Source of the DNA: Felis catus
Lineage: Eukaryota
DNA length: 64,000 bases
Direction of reading: 5' to 3'
Assembly: GCF_018350175.1 (NCBI RefSeq)
Contig: NC_058368.1
Coordinates: 206,524,001-206,588,000 of the forward strand
Below are positions 63,582 to 64,000 of this stretch, in pieces. The first letter of the stretch is position 1; every line of letters starts with the position of its first letter. Made by a program: the position numbers and the translations under genes. The notes below the pieces were generated by a model. It was given only the letters and a program-made list of their open reading frames with translations. It was not told where the DNA came from and did not search any database.

Positions 63582-63833
63582 TTTCTTTCTTCCTTTCTGA
63601 GAGAGAGAGAGAAAGCAAGCACATGTGAACATGTGGAAGCTGGGAAGGGGCAGAGGGGGGGGGAGAGAAAGAGAGAGACAGAGAGAGAGAGAGACAGAGA
63701 GAGAGGCGGAGAGGCTCTTAGGCAAGCCCCATGCCCAGTGGGTAGCCTGATATTAGGCCCAACATGGGCCTTGATCTCATGACCATGAGATCATGACCTA
63801 AGCTGAAATCAAGAGTGAGCCACCTAGGCACCC
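63512..63833 (-). mobile_element. Can-SINE with (TTTC)n tail
   Basis: TSD-like aagtctcc(t/a)tat(g/c)tt. Confidence 0.92.
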
Positions 63834-64000
63834 AAGTCTCCATATCTTAAAAGACTTTCCTTAAAGCTCTACTCAGCAATTTCTGTTTATCTCATTGTCT
63901 GGATCTCAAATGGCTACCTCTATTGCATGTATATTGCTATCCCAAATAAAATTGGATTCCTCCTAAAACCAAAGGAGACTGTTAATAAGGAAGAGGCCTC

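Larger units (their letters stand above)
63140..64000 (-). mobile_element. Old MaLR LTR (MLT1J/K-like) interrupted by a microsatellite and a SINE
   Basis: catggccacaacatggctgctgcacttccag; cccaaataaaattgga. Confidence 0.6.

Noticed and set aside
63275..63782. K/E/R-rich ORFs
   Set aside because: Derived from the (TTTC)n SINE tail and microsatellite.
1..64000. CRISPR array, operon or prokaryotic defence system
   Set aside because: Mammalian repeat landscape; no regularly spaced direct repeats or long ORFs.

Overview
Mammalian nuclear DNA, almost certainly a felid: it carries young SINEC_Fc-type Can-SINEs and a cat-type L1 3' end. I cannot identify any host protein-coding exon, RNA gene or CRISPR array. 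The window is a transposon-rich non-coding landscape: about 30 Can-SINEs (23 on -, 7 on +, hand count), about 13 L1 pieces (all on -), L2, L3/CR1, MIR, MaLR LTRs, hAT/Tigger MITEs, a compact ERV-L provirus relic and several microsatellites. The antisense bias of L1 suggests an intron of a large + strand gene (inference). The most notable items are: (1) an orphan CpG-rich L1 5'UTR whose antisense strand carries a short ORF with a strong splice donor, resembling ORF0/antisense-promoter architecture; (2) a TSD-bounded L1 whose 5'UTR is joined in frame to mid-ORF2; (3) an LTR-gag-pol-LTR ERV-L relic of about 2.4 kb; (4) nested and inverted SINE clusters; (5) a few candidate + strand exons and motif clusters. 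Repeat subfamily names come from recalled consensus sequences, not a search, and boundaries of old repeats are approximate. Nothing here demonstrates a new biological system; the top findings are testable hypotheses.
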